64,000 nucleotides of DNA from a virus. The DNA lies in the IMG/VR virus record IMGVR_UViG_3300045988_172415, one strand, 5' to 3'. The notes beneath the pieces were generated by a model. That model searched no databases, was not told the DNA's origin, and was given only the letters and a program-made list of their open reading frames with translations. Position numbers and translations under genes: made by a program. This document shows, one piece after another, positions 63,989 through 64,000 of the stretch (position 1 is the stretch's first letter; each line of letters opens with the position of its first letter).

Positions 63989-64000
63989 TGGTGAATAGGG

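Noticed and set aside
1-64000. tRNA, rRNA, prophage structural genes, integrase or att sites
   Set aside because: I found no cloverleaf-like GC-rich ~75-nt segments flanked by terminators, no rRNA-like conservation, no capsid, terminase or tail ORFs, and no tyrosine or serine recombinase motif. The element's boundaries are not within this window.

Overview
This 64 kb window looks like part of a large conjugative plasmid or ICE from a high-GC Gram-positive (actinobacterial-type) host. The host assignment is an inference from GC content and sortase/LPXTG-type biology. I found no rRNA, tRNA or CRISPR.

Layout, left to right:
1. 1–4,100 (minus strand): small genes, four of them preceded by a conserved ~23-nt promoter/operator module (717–740, 1037–1062, 3589–3618, 4057–4089).
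2. 4,466–6,947 (minus): a membrane-anchored DUF1524/HNH-type nuclease and a bitopic membrane protein.
3. 7,200–9,830: a replication and partition module. It has an AT-rich stretch, four 22-bp iterons, a theta-type RepA, and a convergent parA plus small partition gene.
4. 10,047–21,068 (minus): a conjugation operon. It contains a VirD4/TraG-type coupling ATPase, a 1,335-aa polytopic membrane protein, small pilin-like membrane proteins and a ParA/MinD-like ATPase. A striking ~600-bp T+G-rich, strand-asymmetric tract lies upstream of it.
5. 21,978–31,277: acidic and hypothetical proteins, a second Rep-like gene, two AAA+ ATPases, a DGQHR (DndB/ParB-like) domain protein and a DnaB helicase.
6. 31,329–41,054: a flotillin/SPFH protein, then a sortase-dependent pilus locus. 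It has a major pilin, a class C sortase and a 1,792-aa adhesin with RCC1 and SdrD-B/CnaB-like repeats. Both sortase substrates carry an unusual MPxTG sorting signal.
7. 41,066–44,206: a complete diversity-generating retroelement (DGR), directly downstream of the adhesin. It has a secreted target gene with a C-terminal variable repeat (VR), an Avd-like gene, a template repeat (TR) that differs from VR only at TR adenines (24 substitutions), and a reverse transcriptase with the DGR-specific GNxTSQ and YMDD motifs. A GC hairpin follows the VR. This is the most notable system in the window.
8. 44,476–47,357: two unknown genes and a convergent AAA ATPase.
9. 47,470–63,988 (plus strand): a leading-region-like array of about 35 small genes. 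They sit in self-contained cassettes, each with a copy of the same ~23-nt promoter/operator motif ('TATACTGGAATTGTTCACACAAA'), an RBS, an ORF and a rho-independent terminator. The cargo includes an ArdC N-domain-only gene, a DnaQ-like exonuclease, a GNAT, DUF2786-like and HEAT-repeat proteins (one a frameshifted paralog), and an RNA-ligase-like protein.
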